64,000 nt of DNA from positions 1-64,000 of the forward strand of contig MFPR01000019.1 of the NCBI GenBank assembly GCA_001784175.1. The letters run 5' to 3'. This DNA is from Candidatus Lindowbacteria bacterium RIFCSPLOWO2_12_FULL_62_27. Its GTDB lineage: Bacteria > Lindowbacteria > 2-12-FULL-62-27. The translations under genes and the position numbers were made by a program. This document shows, piece after piece, positions 21,604 through 30,988 of the stretch; the first letter of the stretch is position 1; every line of letters begins with the position of its first letter. Below the pieces are notes generated by a model. That model made no database searches. It was not told the DNA's origin and was given only the letters and a program-made list of their open reading frames with translations.

Positions 21604-23090
21604 TGCTTGCCATGAATCGCATTCTAAAGTGGTCTTCCGTGGGACTGATCTCTCTTGCCGCTTGCCTGCTGCCGGTCGCGTCTCCGGAATCCCGCGCCCA
21701 GCTTTCCGAAGAGGAGCTGCGCCGGGAGCGGCTCGAGACCGTCGAGGAACTGCGGCGCACGGAAACAGAATGGGAAAAGTACATCCGGAGCCGCGGCTGG
21801 AGCGTCAGTTACGGCGGATGGCTCTCCTCCTCCTTCGGCTCCTCCGACAACGACGACCGGAACCGGTCGGTCCAGGATTCGCTCGATCACACCTGGGACC
21901 AGGAATTCCGCTGGTTCTACTCCGGGCGCAGCGGCACCGGCCGCACCCGCTGGTACGCGCGGTTCGGAACGAACTACACCTTCTCGAGCGCCATCATCCC
22001 GTCCATCCGCCACTCCGACTGGGTCCAGCCGGGAATCGACATGATCTATATGGAAAGGGATTTCAAATCGGCCCGCCGCAAGCACACGTTGACCGTCGGC
22101 CGCCAGTTCGTCCAGGTCGAAAACTCCATCGCGCTCGCGCAGGTCGCCGACGGCCTCAAATACGATCTTCGCACGGCGCGCCAGACGTTCGAGGTGTTCC
22201 TGCTCCGGCAGCAGTCGGGCGACAACAACGTCGATTTCCTGGCGCCCCGCGCGGGCCGCACCCGACGCTGGTTCACGGGGCTTCAATATACGGCGTCGTA
22301 CCTTCCCACGCAGTCTGTGAATTTCTTCTGGGTCTGGAACAACGACGGCAATTCCGAATCGCCCGACGCCGCCGGCCAGCGCCACCAGCTTGATTCGCGG
22401 TACCTCGGCCTGACGCTGTCGGGCAGATTCTTTTCAAAATTGAAATATGATCTCCAGTACATTCAGGAGTTCGGCACGACCTACTCCGGATCGAACGCGA
22501 CCAACGCCTCCAACACGGCGCCGAGCGCGAAGATCAAAGTCGACGCCAACGCATTCACCGGCGGCCTGAAATACTATTTCGGCGGCATTCTCAGCATGGT
22601 CGCGCACTCCACATATTATTCCGGCAGCGGCGACCCCGACGCCATCGACGCCTTCACCAGCACGGGCGGCAGCGGCTCCCTGGACGGCAGCGGCACGGGC
22701 GGCCGGGACAAACGATTCATGGCATTCGGCGGGAAAAGCCTGGGCTATGCCCTCGCGCCAACGCTCACAAACCTTAGCGTCATCAAAAACGGCTTCAGCC
22801 TGAAACCCTTCGGCTGGTCCGAAAACCGCTTCTGGGAGGACCTGAGCGTCCACCCGCAGGTGTTCTTCTACCGCCGGAACGAGCCCACGGGCAAAACGTC
22901 GGATCCCTACATCAACATCGGCGCCGGCGCGTCGGCGAAGGTCGGCCACGAAGTCGACCTCGACATCTCGTGGCGGCTCATGAGCGACGTGAAATACAAT
23001 CTCAAGTGGGGCAAATTCTTCCCGGGATCCGCCTATCCGACACGCTCGGCGGAGTCGATCCTGCGCTTCCGGATATCGGTGGACCTGTGA
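21600..23090 (+). CDS. Outer-membrane beta-barrel protein, alginate-export (AlgE)-like
   Basis: Signal peptide; amphipathic beta strands; motifs LTVGRQ, DGLKY, SGSGD, GHEVDL..W, FFPG.AY; ends in a beta strand (FRISVDL); start overlaps the giant gene stop. Confidence 0.65.
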   Translation: MMLAMNRILKWSSVGLISLAACLLPVASPESRAQLSEEELRRERLETVEELRRTETEWEKYIRSRGWSVSYGGWLSSSFGSSDNDDRNRSVQDSLDHTWDQEFRWFYSGRSGTGRTRWYARFGTNYTFSSAIIPSIRHSDWVQPGIDMIYMERDFKSARRKHTLTVGRQFVQVENSIALAQVADGLKYDLRTARQTFEVFLLRQQSGDNNVDFLAPRAGRTRRWFTGLQYTASYLPTQSVNFFWVWNNDGNSESPDAAGQRHQLDSRYLGLTLSGRFFSKLKYDLQYIQEFGTTYSGSNATNASNTAPSAKIKVDANAFTGGLKYYFGGILSMVAHSTYYSGSGDPDAIDAFTSTGGSGSLDGSGTGGRDKRFMAFGGKSLGYALAPTLTNLSVIKNGFSLKPFGWSENRFWEDLSVHPQVFFYRRNEPTGKTSDPYINIGAGASAKVGHEVDLDISWRLMSDVKYNLKWGKFFPGSAYPTRSAESILRFRISVDL

Positions 23091-24289
23091 TGGCCCGCGC
23101 CGTGCGTGCCGCCCGGATTCTGCTCCTGGGACTGATCGTGTCCGCGGTCGCCCTTGCCGCCGCGCGCCCGGCCCGCGCGGCGTCGATCGTGGAGGGGAAG
23201 ATCACGGAAGTCTCCGGCGCCGTGGAGGTCCGCAAGCGCGGCGGCGAGGACTGGATCGCGGCCTACCCCGGCATGAAGATCACGCCGGGCGACCAGATCA
23301 CCACCGGCATCGGCGGCCGCGCGGTTCTGGAGCTCAAGGACAGCAAAACCGAAATCCTCGCGCTCACGCAGTTCGTCGTCGGCCGGTGCGTCGAGGACGA
23401 GAAGACCAATTACTCCGAGCTGTTCCTCCAGATCGGCAAGGTCGCCTCCGAGGTATCGAAGCAGTCCGCCAAGGCCAACAAATTCAATATCGTCACCCCG
23501 ACCACCGTGGCCGGCGTGCGGGGAACCCGAATGACCGTGTCTCACCTGCCGGCGCTGGGAACGCAGGTGCAGATCCTCGAAGGCCGCGGCTACACCATCC
23601 CTCTGCCCCCGCCCGCGCCGATGCCGGCCCTGACCGTTCCGGCCGCGCGGGAGGAAAAGAAGGCGAAAGAGGAGAAAGAGAAAAAAGAGAAGGAAGACAA
23701 GAGGGAGGCGAGAGAGGATCGCAAGGAGGAGCGGAAAGCGGAGAGAGAAGAACGCCGCGCGGAACGGGCCGAAGCGCGCGCCGCCCCCGCCGAACCGCTG
23801 ACGATCGAGCAGATCATGACCGCCTCGGCCGCCTCGCCGGAAGCCGCCGTCGAGGTCTTCAACCAGTTCCTCGAAAGCTTCGACCAGTCGATCTCGCCTG
23901 ACCTCAAAACCGAGGACCTCGGCGTGCTGGACGTCAAGACGTTCGAGACCGTGATCGAAGTCGACGTCGGCCAGCGGGTCGAAATGACCTCGGCGACCGC
24001 GACCGACTTCTCCGCGATCGTCACCCCGACCCGCGCCCTCGAACTCGACGCCCTGACCTCCCTGGCGCCGGCCGGCCTCTCCGCCACCGAGATCCAGGCC
24101 ACGACCACCACCGTCGAATCGACCGTCGCCCCCGAGGCCGTTCAGATCCGGCAGGAACTCTCAACCTCCAATCAGGTCACCGAAAGCGCCACCGCCACGT
24201 CCACCTCCCAGGGCGGGTTGCCTCCCTCCACCGAACTCGTCCCGCCTTCCTTGCCGGACCGCACGAACAAAAGCAACTTGACGAATTAG
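23090..24289 (+). CDS. FecR-domain secreted protein with a charged K/E/R-rich linker
   Basis: Signal peptide; V.G.VEV..W....GM.I..GDQI.TG..G.A.L and F.I.TPT.VAGVRGT FecR motifs; ATG overlaps the upstream TGA. Confidence 0.75.
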   Translation: MARAVRAARILLLGLIVSAVALAAARPARAASIVEGKITEVSGAVEVRKRGGEDWIAAYPGMKITPGDQITTGIGGRAVLELKDSKTEILALTQFVVGRCVEDEKTNYSELFLQIGKVASEVSKQSAKANKFNIVTPTTVAGVRGTRMTVSHLPALGTQVQILEGRGYTIPLPPPAPMPALTVPAAREEKKAKEEKEKKEKEDKREAREDRKEERKAEREERRAERAEARAAPAEPLTIEQIMTASAASPEAAVEVFNQFLESFDQSISPDLKTEDLGVLDVKTFETVIEVDVGQRVEMTSATATDFSAIVTPTRALELDALTSLAPAGLSATEIQATTTTVESTVAPEAVQIRQELSTSNQVTESATATSTSQGGLPPSTELVPPSLPDRTNKSNLTN

Positions 24290-24299
24290 GCCGCGCAGC

Positions 24300-24758
24300 A
24301 TGTCCGAAGGAGCGGTGGCCACCAACCGCAAGGCGTTCGCCGACTACGAAATCCTTGAGAAATACGAGGCGGGTCTCGCGCTCCTCGGCAGCGAAGTCAA
24401 ATCGCTCCGGCAGGGCAACGCCAATTTACGCGACGCCTTCGCCACCCTCCACGGCAGCGAACTCATGCTGCTCAACTGCCACATCGGCCCCTACAAACAA
24501 GCCGGCCCCCTCGGCCACGCCCCGACCCGCTCCCGCAAGCTTCTCCTGCACAAGGAGGAGATCAAACGGCTGATCGGGAAAGTCCAGCAGAAAGGCCTCA
24601 CGCTGATCCCGCTGAAAATTTACTTCAACAAGAAAAATCTCGCCAAGGTGGAACTCGCGCTCGGCAAGGGCAAAACCCACGCCGACCGGCGCGAGGACAT
24701 CAAGCGCCGGGACGTGAGCCGGGAGATTTCGAGGGCGTTAAAACAGAGAAACCGCTGA
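24300..24758 (+). CDS. smpB: SsrA-binding protein SmpB
   Basis: NRKA..DYEILEKYEAGL.L.GSEVKSLR, RKLLLHK.EI, ALGKGK...D.RE.IK.RD. Confidence 0.97.
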   Translation: MSEGAVATNRKAFADYEILEKYEAGLALLGSEVKSLRQGNANLRDAFATLHGSELMLLNCHIGPYKQAGPLGHAPTRSRKLLLHKEEIKRLIGKVQQKGLTLIPLKIYFNKKNLAKVELALGKGKTHADRREDIKRRDVSREISRALKQRNR

Positions 24759-26402
24759 TCACCGACCTTCCGGCGCCACGTGGGTGACCCTGTAAACCGC
24801 GAACTGATCGATGTAGTCTTCCTTCGAAAAACCGAACGGCGCCGGCCCGTAGAGCGAGCTGTAAAATCCCGCGTGGGACGTGGGGCTCATCAGGTGAAAC
24901 GGGTATGGGTTGGGAAACGCGCGCTGCGTGACGGGCTGCATCGGCACCTGGATCTTCCGGACGTTCGTGTTGATCCCCGGCATCACGATGAGGTCTCCGG
25001 CCGCGAGGTCCTGCCCCTGATAATTGAACGGCCCGGCGCCTTCGCGTTCCATGTAATATTGAAAGCCCCAGTGGCCTGAAAACCATATCCGCGGGTGATC
25101 CCGTTTCAGGTCCCGCACGGTGGTCTCAACGAACGTCCGGCTCGCGTTGGCATGCCGAAGGTCCACGAGCGCCAGGAGGAACGACAGGCCCAGCGTCAGC
25201 GCCACGGCGACCTTCAGCCACGACGTCCAGTACGCGGCGCCGCCGCCCTCCATCGACTCCAGCCAGCGCACGAGGAGCAGCGCGGACGGGAAGGCCGCCG
25301 GAAGGATCACCCGCGCGGCCACCGTCCAGTTGAAGAACATCGCAAACGCGATCGTCCCGCCGAGCCACAAGACCAGCAGCGCCGAATCGGCGTCGGGCCG
25401 GGCCCGCCACGAAGCGGCGGCGAACAGCGCCGTCACGACTCCGCCGGCGGCCATGACAATCCAAAGACCCCGGATGTCCTCCGGTACCCGGCCCAGGCCC
25501 AGCCACAGGACGGCGCCGACCAACACCGCCCCCGCCGCAAGACCCGCCGGCCGCAGGCGAATCGCGAGCGGAAACAGGAACAGCGGCCACGCGAGCGTCC
25601 CCCCCAGAAACGCCATCGTGTTCGCGGTCTGTTGCCGCAGGTCCCTCGTTGTCTCGACGGCGTAGGAGGCGGCGCTCAGTGGATGAATCACGCCGCCGTG
25701 CGCTTTCGAGTACCAGCTCCACAGGACCAGCATGGCCACCGGCATGAGAAGTCCCGCGAGATGGACCGTCCAGCGGCGGTGTTTGTAAAGAAAATAGACG
25801 GCGAGGAGCGGCACAAGCGCAGCGGCAAAATACTTGGTCATCACCGCCGCACTCGCGGCGGCGCCGGCGCCCCAGAGCCGGGCGCCGTCCGGGTGAAGAC
25901 ATAAATAAACGGACAGCAGCCACAGCCCCAGCATCGGGATCTCCGCCATCACGTTCCCCGCGCTCACCAGAAACGCCGGGCTGGCCACCGTCAGGGCCGC
26001 CGCCAAAAACGCGTTCCGGCAGAATGACTGCGCGATCAAGTACATCAGCGCGGCGCATCCGGCGGCCATGACCGCATACACCGCGTGGAAAACAAACTCG
26101 CGCCCGCCCGCGGCCGCCGACACCGCCGCCAGGACATACGCGTTCAAAGGCGGATTGTTGCTCGTGACCCACCGCGACTGCGGCGACCGGTACCAGTTCC
26201 ATTCATAATCATACGGCCGCAGGGGCGCTTCCAGAATCTGCCGGGCATCCCGCAGAAACGCCGTGTCGTCCAGGTGAAACGCCTTGTTCAAAAACGGCGC
26301 CAGAATCGCCAGCGTGATCAGCCCGGCCAGCCACGGCCGGCTCAGCCGGGACAACTGCGCCGGGCCGGCCTCCTCTTTCTCCGCGCGCTTGTGTCGTTTC
26401 AT
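24759..26402 (-). CDS. Multi-pass GT-C glycosyltransferase (ArnT/PMT-like)
   Basis: Many TM segments; acidic DD in the first loop (AFHLDD); NPPL and A.MTKY motifs typical of ArnT/PMT_2-like proteins. Confidence 0.75.
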   Translation of the reverse strand: MKRHKRAEKEEAGPAQLSRLSRPWLAGLITLAILAPFLNKAFHLDDTAFLRDARQILEAPLRPYDYEWNWYRSPQSRWVTSNNPPLNAYVLAAVSAAAGGREFVFHAVYAVMAAGCAALMYLIAQSFCRNAFLAAALTVASPAFLVSAGNVMAEIPMLGLWLLSVYLCLHPDGARLWGAGAAASAAVMTKYFAAALVPLLAVYFLYKHRRWTVHLAGLLMPVAMLVLWSWYSKAHGGVIHPLSAASYAVETTRDLRQQTANTMAFLGGTLAWPLFLFPLAIRLRPAGLAAGAVLVGAVLWLGLGRVPEDIRGLWIVMAAGGVVTALFAAASWRARPDADSALLVLWLGGTIAFAMFFNWTVAARVILPAAFPSALLLVRWLESMEGGGAAYWTSWLKVAVALTLGLSFLLALVDLRHANASRTFVETTVRDLKRDHPRIWFSGHWGFQYYMEREGAGPFNYQGQDLAAGDLIVMPGINTNVRKIQVPMQPVTQRAFPNPYPFHLMSPTSHAGFYSSLYGPAPFGFSKEDYIDQFAVYRVTHVAPEGR

Positions 26403-26486
26403 AAGGCTCAATATTCAATGTTCAATGCTCAATTTTCAAGGTGGAAAACTTGAGAATTGAAAATTGAACATTGAATATTGAGCCTT
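26403..26486. repeat. Long imperfect inverted repeat built from 7-bp units (TCAATNT) between divergent genes
   Basis: aaggctcaatattcaatgttcaatgctcaattttcaag ... cttgagaattgaaaattgaacattgaatattgagcctt. Confidence 0.9.
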
Positions 26487-26512
26487 GATCTGTAAGCATA
26501 CCCTCGCAGGGG

Positions 26513-28399
26513 GTGAGTCGGATCGAGCAGAATATTCTCCGGTCATTGCGGATTGTCCGGCCGGGCGGGTCCTTCAAACTGGCCTACAAAATTCACGTCC
26601 TCGTCACCCTGGTGGTGATCGTGGTCGAGGCGGTCATCGTCTTTTTTGCGCTGGCCGAATACCGCACCAGCATGTACGAGCAGCTCCTCCGCCGGTCCTT
26701 CAACAACCTCCAGACGGTCGATGACCGGTTCCAGGCGCGGCTCTGGACCCGGACCGGCCGGCTGCGCGGCATGACCACCAAGAGCCTCACCGCGAAGACC
26801 CGGCTGCCGCAGGAACTCGTGTACCAGATCGAAAAGGTTTTCGACGCGGCCATCCAGACGGATCCCTCGATCACCTACTTCATCCTCTACACCCGCGCCG
26901 GCGCGCACGTCTATCCGGGCGCGCCGCGGTCGAAGGCGGCCTCCCTCCGGCAGGACGCCGCGGCCGTTCAGCACATCGAGCACGTCGGCGCGCGATACAA
27001 CGAGCACAGCGGATACATCGAAGTCTACCGGACGCTCCTCGACAAGGAGCAGAACCCGTGGGCCCGGGTCGAAATGGGCGTCAACCCGTCGGTGGTCCGG
27101 GACGGGATCCTGAGGACGATCTGGAGCAGCGTCGTGATCGCGTGGGTGGCCGCCATCGCCGGACTCTACGCCGCCTTCCGGTTTTCCGACGTGATCCTCG
27201 TGCCGATCCAGCGTCTCCGCAAGACCGCCGAGTCCCTGTCGGCCGGCGATCTCACCCAGCGCGCGACTGTCACCACCCGCGACGAGATCGCCGACCTCTC
27301 GGCTTCATTCAATACGATGGCCGACCACCTGCAAAAACGGATCGAGGACCTCCGCGCCATCCAGATGCTCAGCACCGAAATCAGCGCCACCCTGACCCAG
27401 AACGACCTTCAGCGCGTCATCGCTCAGACATTCCACAAAATCGCCCATGCCGATTTCTGCGCCCTCCTCGCCCGCGCCGACCATTCCTCCGTCCTCACGG
27501 TGGCCGCGGGCATCGGCGTCGCCAATTCGGAGCTTCAGATGCAGACCGCCACGCCTGTCCTCGCGGAGGCCTGCGGACACAGCCGCGAGGTCCTGACGAC
27601 CATCGCGGCCGCGCCGGACCTCGCGCGATTATTCCTGCCGGACGGACCCGCGCTGGCCGCGCCGCTCCCCGGAACCACGGTGGATCGCCCGCTCGTGCCG
27701 ATCCCCCCTCCGCCGCCTTCCGCGCCGCTCATGGTCCTGCCCTTCATCTATGACGGCGAGGTTCGCTCGGTTCTCCTCCTGGGCGGCGAGAAGCTCAAGA
27801 AGGAGGACGAGGACATCAACTTTTTCCGGACCCTCTCCGGCCACGCGTCGGTGGCCCTGCAAAACGCGCGGCTCTATCAGCTCTCCATCACCGACGGCCT
27901 CACCGGTCTTTATCTTCGCCGCCATTTCCTTTTCGAGCTTGAACGCCTTCTTACTCCGCCGGCCGACGGCGGCCGACTGGCGCTCCTCATGACGGACATC
28001 GACCACTTCAAAAATGTCAATGACTCTTTCGGCCATCCCGAAGGCGATTTCATCCTGATCCACGTCGCCCGCACGATCTGGAAAACCCTCCGCACCCATG
28101 ACGTCACCGGCACCGGCCGCGCCTACGACATGGTCGGCCGTTACGGCGGCGAGGAATTCATCGCGCTCGTCCGCAACGTCACCCCGGAGGGCGCCCAGCG
28201 GTCGGCCGAACGCGTCCGGGCCGCGATCGAGGGCCAGGTTTTCAAGAGCGACAAGCGCGAGCACCGGATCACGACCAGCGTCGGCGTCTGCCCCTTCCAG
28301 CCGGGCCTCACCGTGCAGGACTGGATCGACCGCGCCGACCAGGCCCTCTATCAATCCAAATCCGGCGGCCGCAACCGCGTGACGGTGTACCATGGCTAG
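26513..28399 (+). CDS. Membrane sensor diguanylate cyclase (2 TM, HAMP, GAF, GGDEF)
   Basis: TDGLTGL, DIDHFK.VND.FGH..GD, RAYD I-site five residues before GGEEF, ADQALY.SK..GRNRV. Confidence 0.93.
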   Translation: MSRIEQNILRSLRIVRPGGSFKLAYKIHVLVTLVVIVVEAVIVFFALAEYRTSMYEQLLRRSFNNLQTVDDRFQARLWTRTGRLRGMTTKSLTAKTRLPQELVYQIEKVFDAAIQTDPSITYFILYTRAGAHVYPGAPRSKAASLRQDAAAVQHIEHVGARYNEHSGYIEVYRTLLDKEQNPWARVEMGVNPSVVRDGILRTIWSSVVIAWVAAIAGLYAAFRFSDVILVPIQRLRKTAESLSAGDLTQRATVTTRDEIADLSASFNTMADHLQKRIEDLRAIQMLSTEISATLTQNDLQRVIAQTFHKIAHADFCALLARADHSSVLTVAAGIGVANSELQMQTATPVLAEACGHSREVLTTIAAAPDLARLFLPDGPALAAPLPGTTVDRPLVPIPPPPPSAPLMVLPFIYDGEVRSVLLLGGEKLKKEDEDINFFRTLSGHASVALQNARLYQLSITDGLTGLYLRRHFLFELERLLTPPADGGRLALLMTDIDHFKNVNDSFGHPEGDFILIHVARTIWKTLRTHDVTGTGRAYDMVGRYGGEEFIALVRNVTPEGAQRSAERVRAAIEGQVFKSDKREHRITTSVGVCPFQPGLTVQDWIDRADQALYQSKSGGRNRVTVYHG

Positions 28400-28985
28400 C
28401 AGAAAACTCCTCACCGCTGTCGCCGTCCTGCTGGTCATCACCGGCTGTGTCACCGATCCCTCGCACGACATGATCGAGGAATTCGTGTCCATGGAGCAGG
28501 CCCGGATCGCCGGCGAATCTATCGGCGAGGACCGCGCCTCCCGCAAAAAATGGCAGGACCGCACGGAGCGGATCAAGAAAATTGTCGGCAAGGATTTCGT
28601 GACCTACATCCACGACATGCGCGGAACCCGGGGGCTGGCCATGGTCGAAAACGTCGAAGTCTACGTCGACGGCGCCGACATCGGCGAGAAGGTCAAGCTG
28701 CGGATCCGCAAATCCCCCAGCGGCGCCGGACTCGGCGACATCCTCGAGCGGCTGGGCAGCGCCCGCGTGGCCGCGCAGGGCGAGGAGGCGGAGGAAGGGC
28801 AGATTTACTCGCTCGAAATCATCGGCCGCACGCCGGCCGGCGATTATTACGGGCTGATCGATAAGACGAAAGCATACGTGCTCGGCGCGCGGAAAGTCGG
28901 CGAAAAGGTCCGCGCGAAAGTGATGGGGTTGGACACGCTGGACGGCAGGGAGGACGTGGTGTACCTGAAAATAATCGGATCCTGA
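28392..28985 (+). CDS. Putative lipoprotein with TRAM-like domains
   Basis: Lipobox ITGC; G.A.VE..EVYVDGA.IGEKV..RI and ..VLGA..VGEKV.AKV TRAM-like motifs. Confidence 0.6.
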   Translation: MASRKLLTAVAVLLVITGCVTDPSHDMIEEFVSMEQARIAGESIGEDRASRKKWQDRTERIKKIVGKDFVTYIHDMRGTRGLAMVENVEVYVDGADIGEKVKLRIRKSPSGAGLGDILERLGSARVAAQGEEAEEGQIYSLEIIGRTPAGDYYGLIDKTKAYVLGARKVGEKVRAKVMGLDTLDGREDVVYLKIIGS

Positions 28986-28987
28986 TT

Positions 28988-29389
28988 TTAGACCGCCTGC
29001 CGCCCCGCAAACCCGGCGTCCAGATCGTGCCAGTGTCCGATTTCGCTTTCGCCCTCCTTCCAGCACAAATACACTTCCCGGCCGTCCCGCTGCGAATAAA
29101 AATCGACAAGGATCGGCGCCAGGCCCTTGACCTCGCATGAGTATTTCGTCTTGAGCCCGAGGATCATCCTCTGGATCTCCCGCTCCGACCGGCCCAGCGA
29201 CTTGGCGAGCTGGTCGATGTACGTGGCCGAAATGTCGCCGCCGTTGAGCGCGATGGCGAGCATGATCTCCGACAGCGCCTTCTGCTTCTCCTGCCGCGCG
29301 TCCTCCGCCTTCCGGATCCTCGCCACGATCCCCCGGACCTCCGGCAATACGGCGTTGGCCTCATCGAGCGTGTAGTATTTCTTACTCAA
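28988..29389 (-). CDS. DUF2203 family protein
   Basis: YT.DEANA.LP, VK..LVDF...DGREVYLCWKEGE..I.HWH....GFAGRQ. Confidence 0.85.
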   Translation of the reverse strand: MSKKYYTLDEANAVLPEVRGIVARIRKAEDARQEKQKALSEIMLAIALNGGDISATYIDQLAKSLGRSEREIQRMILGLKTKYSCEVKGLAPILVDFYSQRDGREVYLCWKEGESEIGHWHDLDAGFAGRQAV

Positions 29390-30251
29390 GGAGCCCCCTC
29401 AGCGTTCGCAAATTCATCACGTCCTCCTTCATGTCCGGCCCCTTCGGCGTTTCCAGCACCATGGGAAGGCCGCCGAACCGGCGGTCATTCAGAAGAAACC
29501 GGAACGCGTCGAGGCCGATTTCTCCCCGGCCGATGTGCTCATGCCGGTCTACCCGGCTTCCCAGGCCTCGCAATGAATCGTTCAGGTGAAAGGCCCGGAC
29601 GGCCCGCAGGCCGACGGCCCGGTCGAGTTCGCTCATCGTCGCCTCGTATCCCCGCCGCGACCGGATCTCATATCCGGCCGCAAAAATATGGCACGTATCA
29701 ACGCACACGCCCAGCCGCCGCGCCCCCGCCGCACCGAGCTTGGAGCGCACGGCCCGGCGCAAGGATCGGAGATGCTCGAATTTCCAGCCGAGCGAATTCC
29801 CCTGGCCGGCGGTCGTCTCAAGCAAAATGCCGGCCCGAAATCCCGCTGTTTTCTTGAGCAGTCTCGTCAGAGATTCCGCCACCCGCCCAAGGCCCCACGC
29901 CTCGCCCCGGCCGCCGTGACTCCCCGGATGCAGAACAACCCACGCCAGCCCCAGCGTCTCCGCGCGGACCAGCTCGTCCTGCATCGACGCCATCGATCGG
30001 CGATGAATGTCCCTGTCCGACCCGCAGAGGTTGATCAGGTATCCGGCGTGCGACACGAGATTGCGCCGCCCAAAGGCCCGCGCGCGATCCCGGAATCGCC
30101 TGACCTCCGCCGCCTCCAGCGGCGCCTCCCGCCAGCATTTGTTGTTCTTCGCAAATATCTGCGCCGCCTCGCACCGGATCCGCTCCGCCCGCTCCAGCCC
30201 CACGCTCACCCCTCCAGCCACCGACACATGCGCGCCCAAAAACGGCGTCAT
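29382..30251 (-). CDS. nfo: Endonuclease IV (AP endonuclease)
   Basis: GAHVS.AGG, QIF, HAGYLINL, HPGSH, LETTAGQG, DTCHIFAAGY, HLNDS, DRHEHIG.G, LETP; true start MTPFLGAH at 30251. Confidence 0.95.
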   Translation of the reverse strand: MTPFLGAHVSVAGGVSVGLERAERIRCEAAQIFAKNNKCWREAPLEAAEVRRFRDRARAFGRRNLVSHAGYLINLCGSDRDIHRRSMASMQDELVRAETLGLAWVVLHPGSHGGRGEAWGLGRVAESLTRLLKKTAGFRAGILLETTAGQGNSLGWKFEHLRSLRRAVRSKLGAAGARRLGVCVDTCHIFAAGYEIRSRRGYEATMSELDRAVGLRAVRAFHLNDSLRGLGSRVDRHEHIGRGEIGLDAFRFLLNDRRFGGLPMVLETPKGPDMKEDVMNLRTLRGLLE

Positions 30252-30901
30252 TCCGCAATCTTCAGGCTGATCCCGACCCCGTCCCGCACCGGAACGACCG
30301 ACGTGACGTATCGCCGGTCGGCCAGGATCAGGTCCGTGTAGCGCTTCACCCCAAGCGTACTCGCCTCGGTGTTCTGCATGTCGATCACGCGCCCGTCCCA
30401 CAGAAGATTGTCCACGATCACGAGCGCTCCAGCCCGCAGGCGGTCCTTGAACGACTGATACGCGCGCGGGTACTGCTCCTTGTCGATGTCCATGAACAGA
30501 ATGTCGGGCGAAGCGCCGCTCTTTTCGAATGATTCGATCGCGTCGCCTTCGTGGAACCGCACGCGATCCAGTATCTTCGCGCGCGAAAGGTAAGCCCGGG
30601 CCTTCTCCCGGTTCTCCCCGCTCCGGTCCGTGTGATGCACCTCGCCGCCCGGACCGACCGCCCGCGCGAACCACAGGGTCGAATAGCCGTAGCCGGACCC
30701 CAGTTCGAACACGACGCGCGCGCGCCTAAGAAGGGTCAGCACCTGGAGGAGCCGGCCCACCTGCGGACCGACAATCGGAAAATTTCGCTCGATCCCGACG
30801 GCCTCCATCTCGAGGAGAACCTCGTCCTCTTTGGCCGCCGCAAGCTGCGTGAGATACGCGTCAATGTACGGATTGATGACCTCCAGCCGTCCCGTGTCCA
30901 T
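30248..30901 (-). CDS. Class I SAM-dependent O-methyltransferase
   Basis: FPIVG..VG.LL, ELGSGYGYS.LW, FMDIDK..Y, DNLLW.G, P.RDG. Confidence 0.9.
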   Translation of the reverse strand: MDTGRLEVINPYIDAYLTQLAAAKEDEVLLEMEAVGIERNFPIVGPQVGRLLQVLTLLRRARVVFELGSGYGYSTLWFARAVGPGGEVHHTDRSGENREKARAYLSRAKILDRVRFHEGDAIESFEKSGASPDILFMDIDKEQYPRAYQSFKDRLRAGALVIVDNLLWDGRVIDMQNTEASTLGVKRYTDLILADRRYVTSVVPVRDGVGISLKIAE

Positions 30902-30988
30902 CCCACCCAGCAAAAATCAAACCCCGCCCCTCCGTCAACCCCTGAACGGTTGAATTATTCTTGAAATCTTATAAAATGACGTTCACTT

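Noticed and set aside
24300-24758. tmRNA (ssrA) next to smpB
   Set aside because: Both flanks are occupied by CDSs; no tRNA-like ends seen. No tRNA or rRNA recognised anywhere in the window
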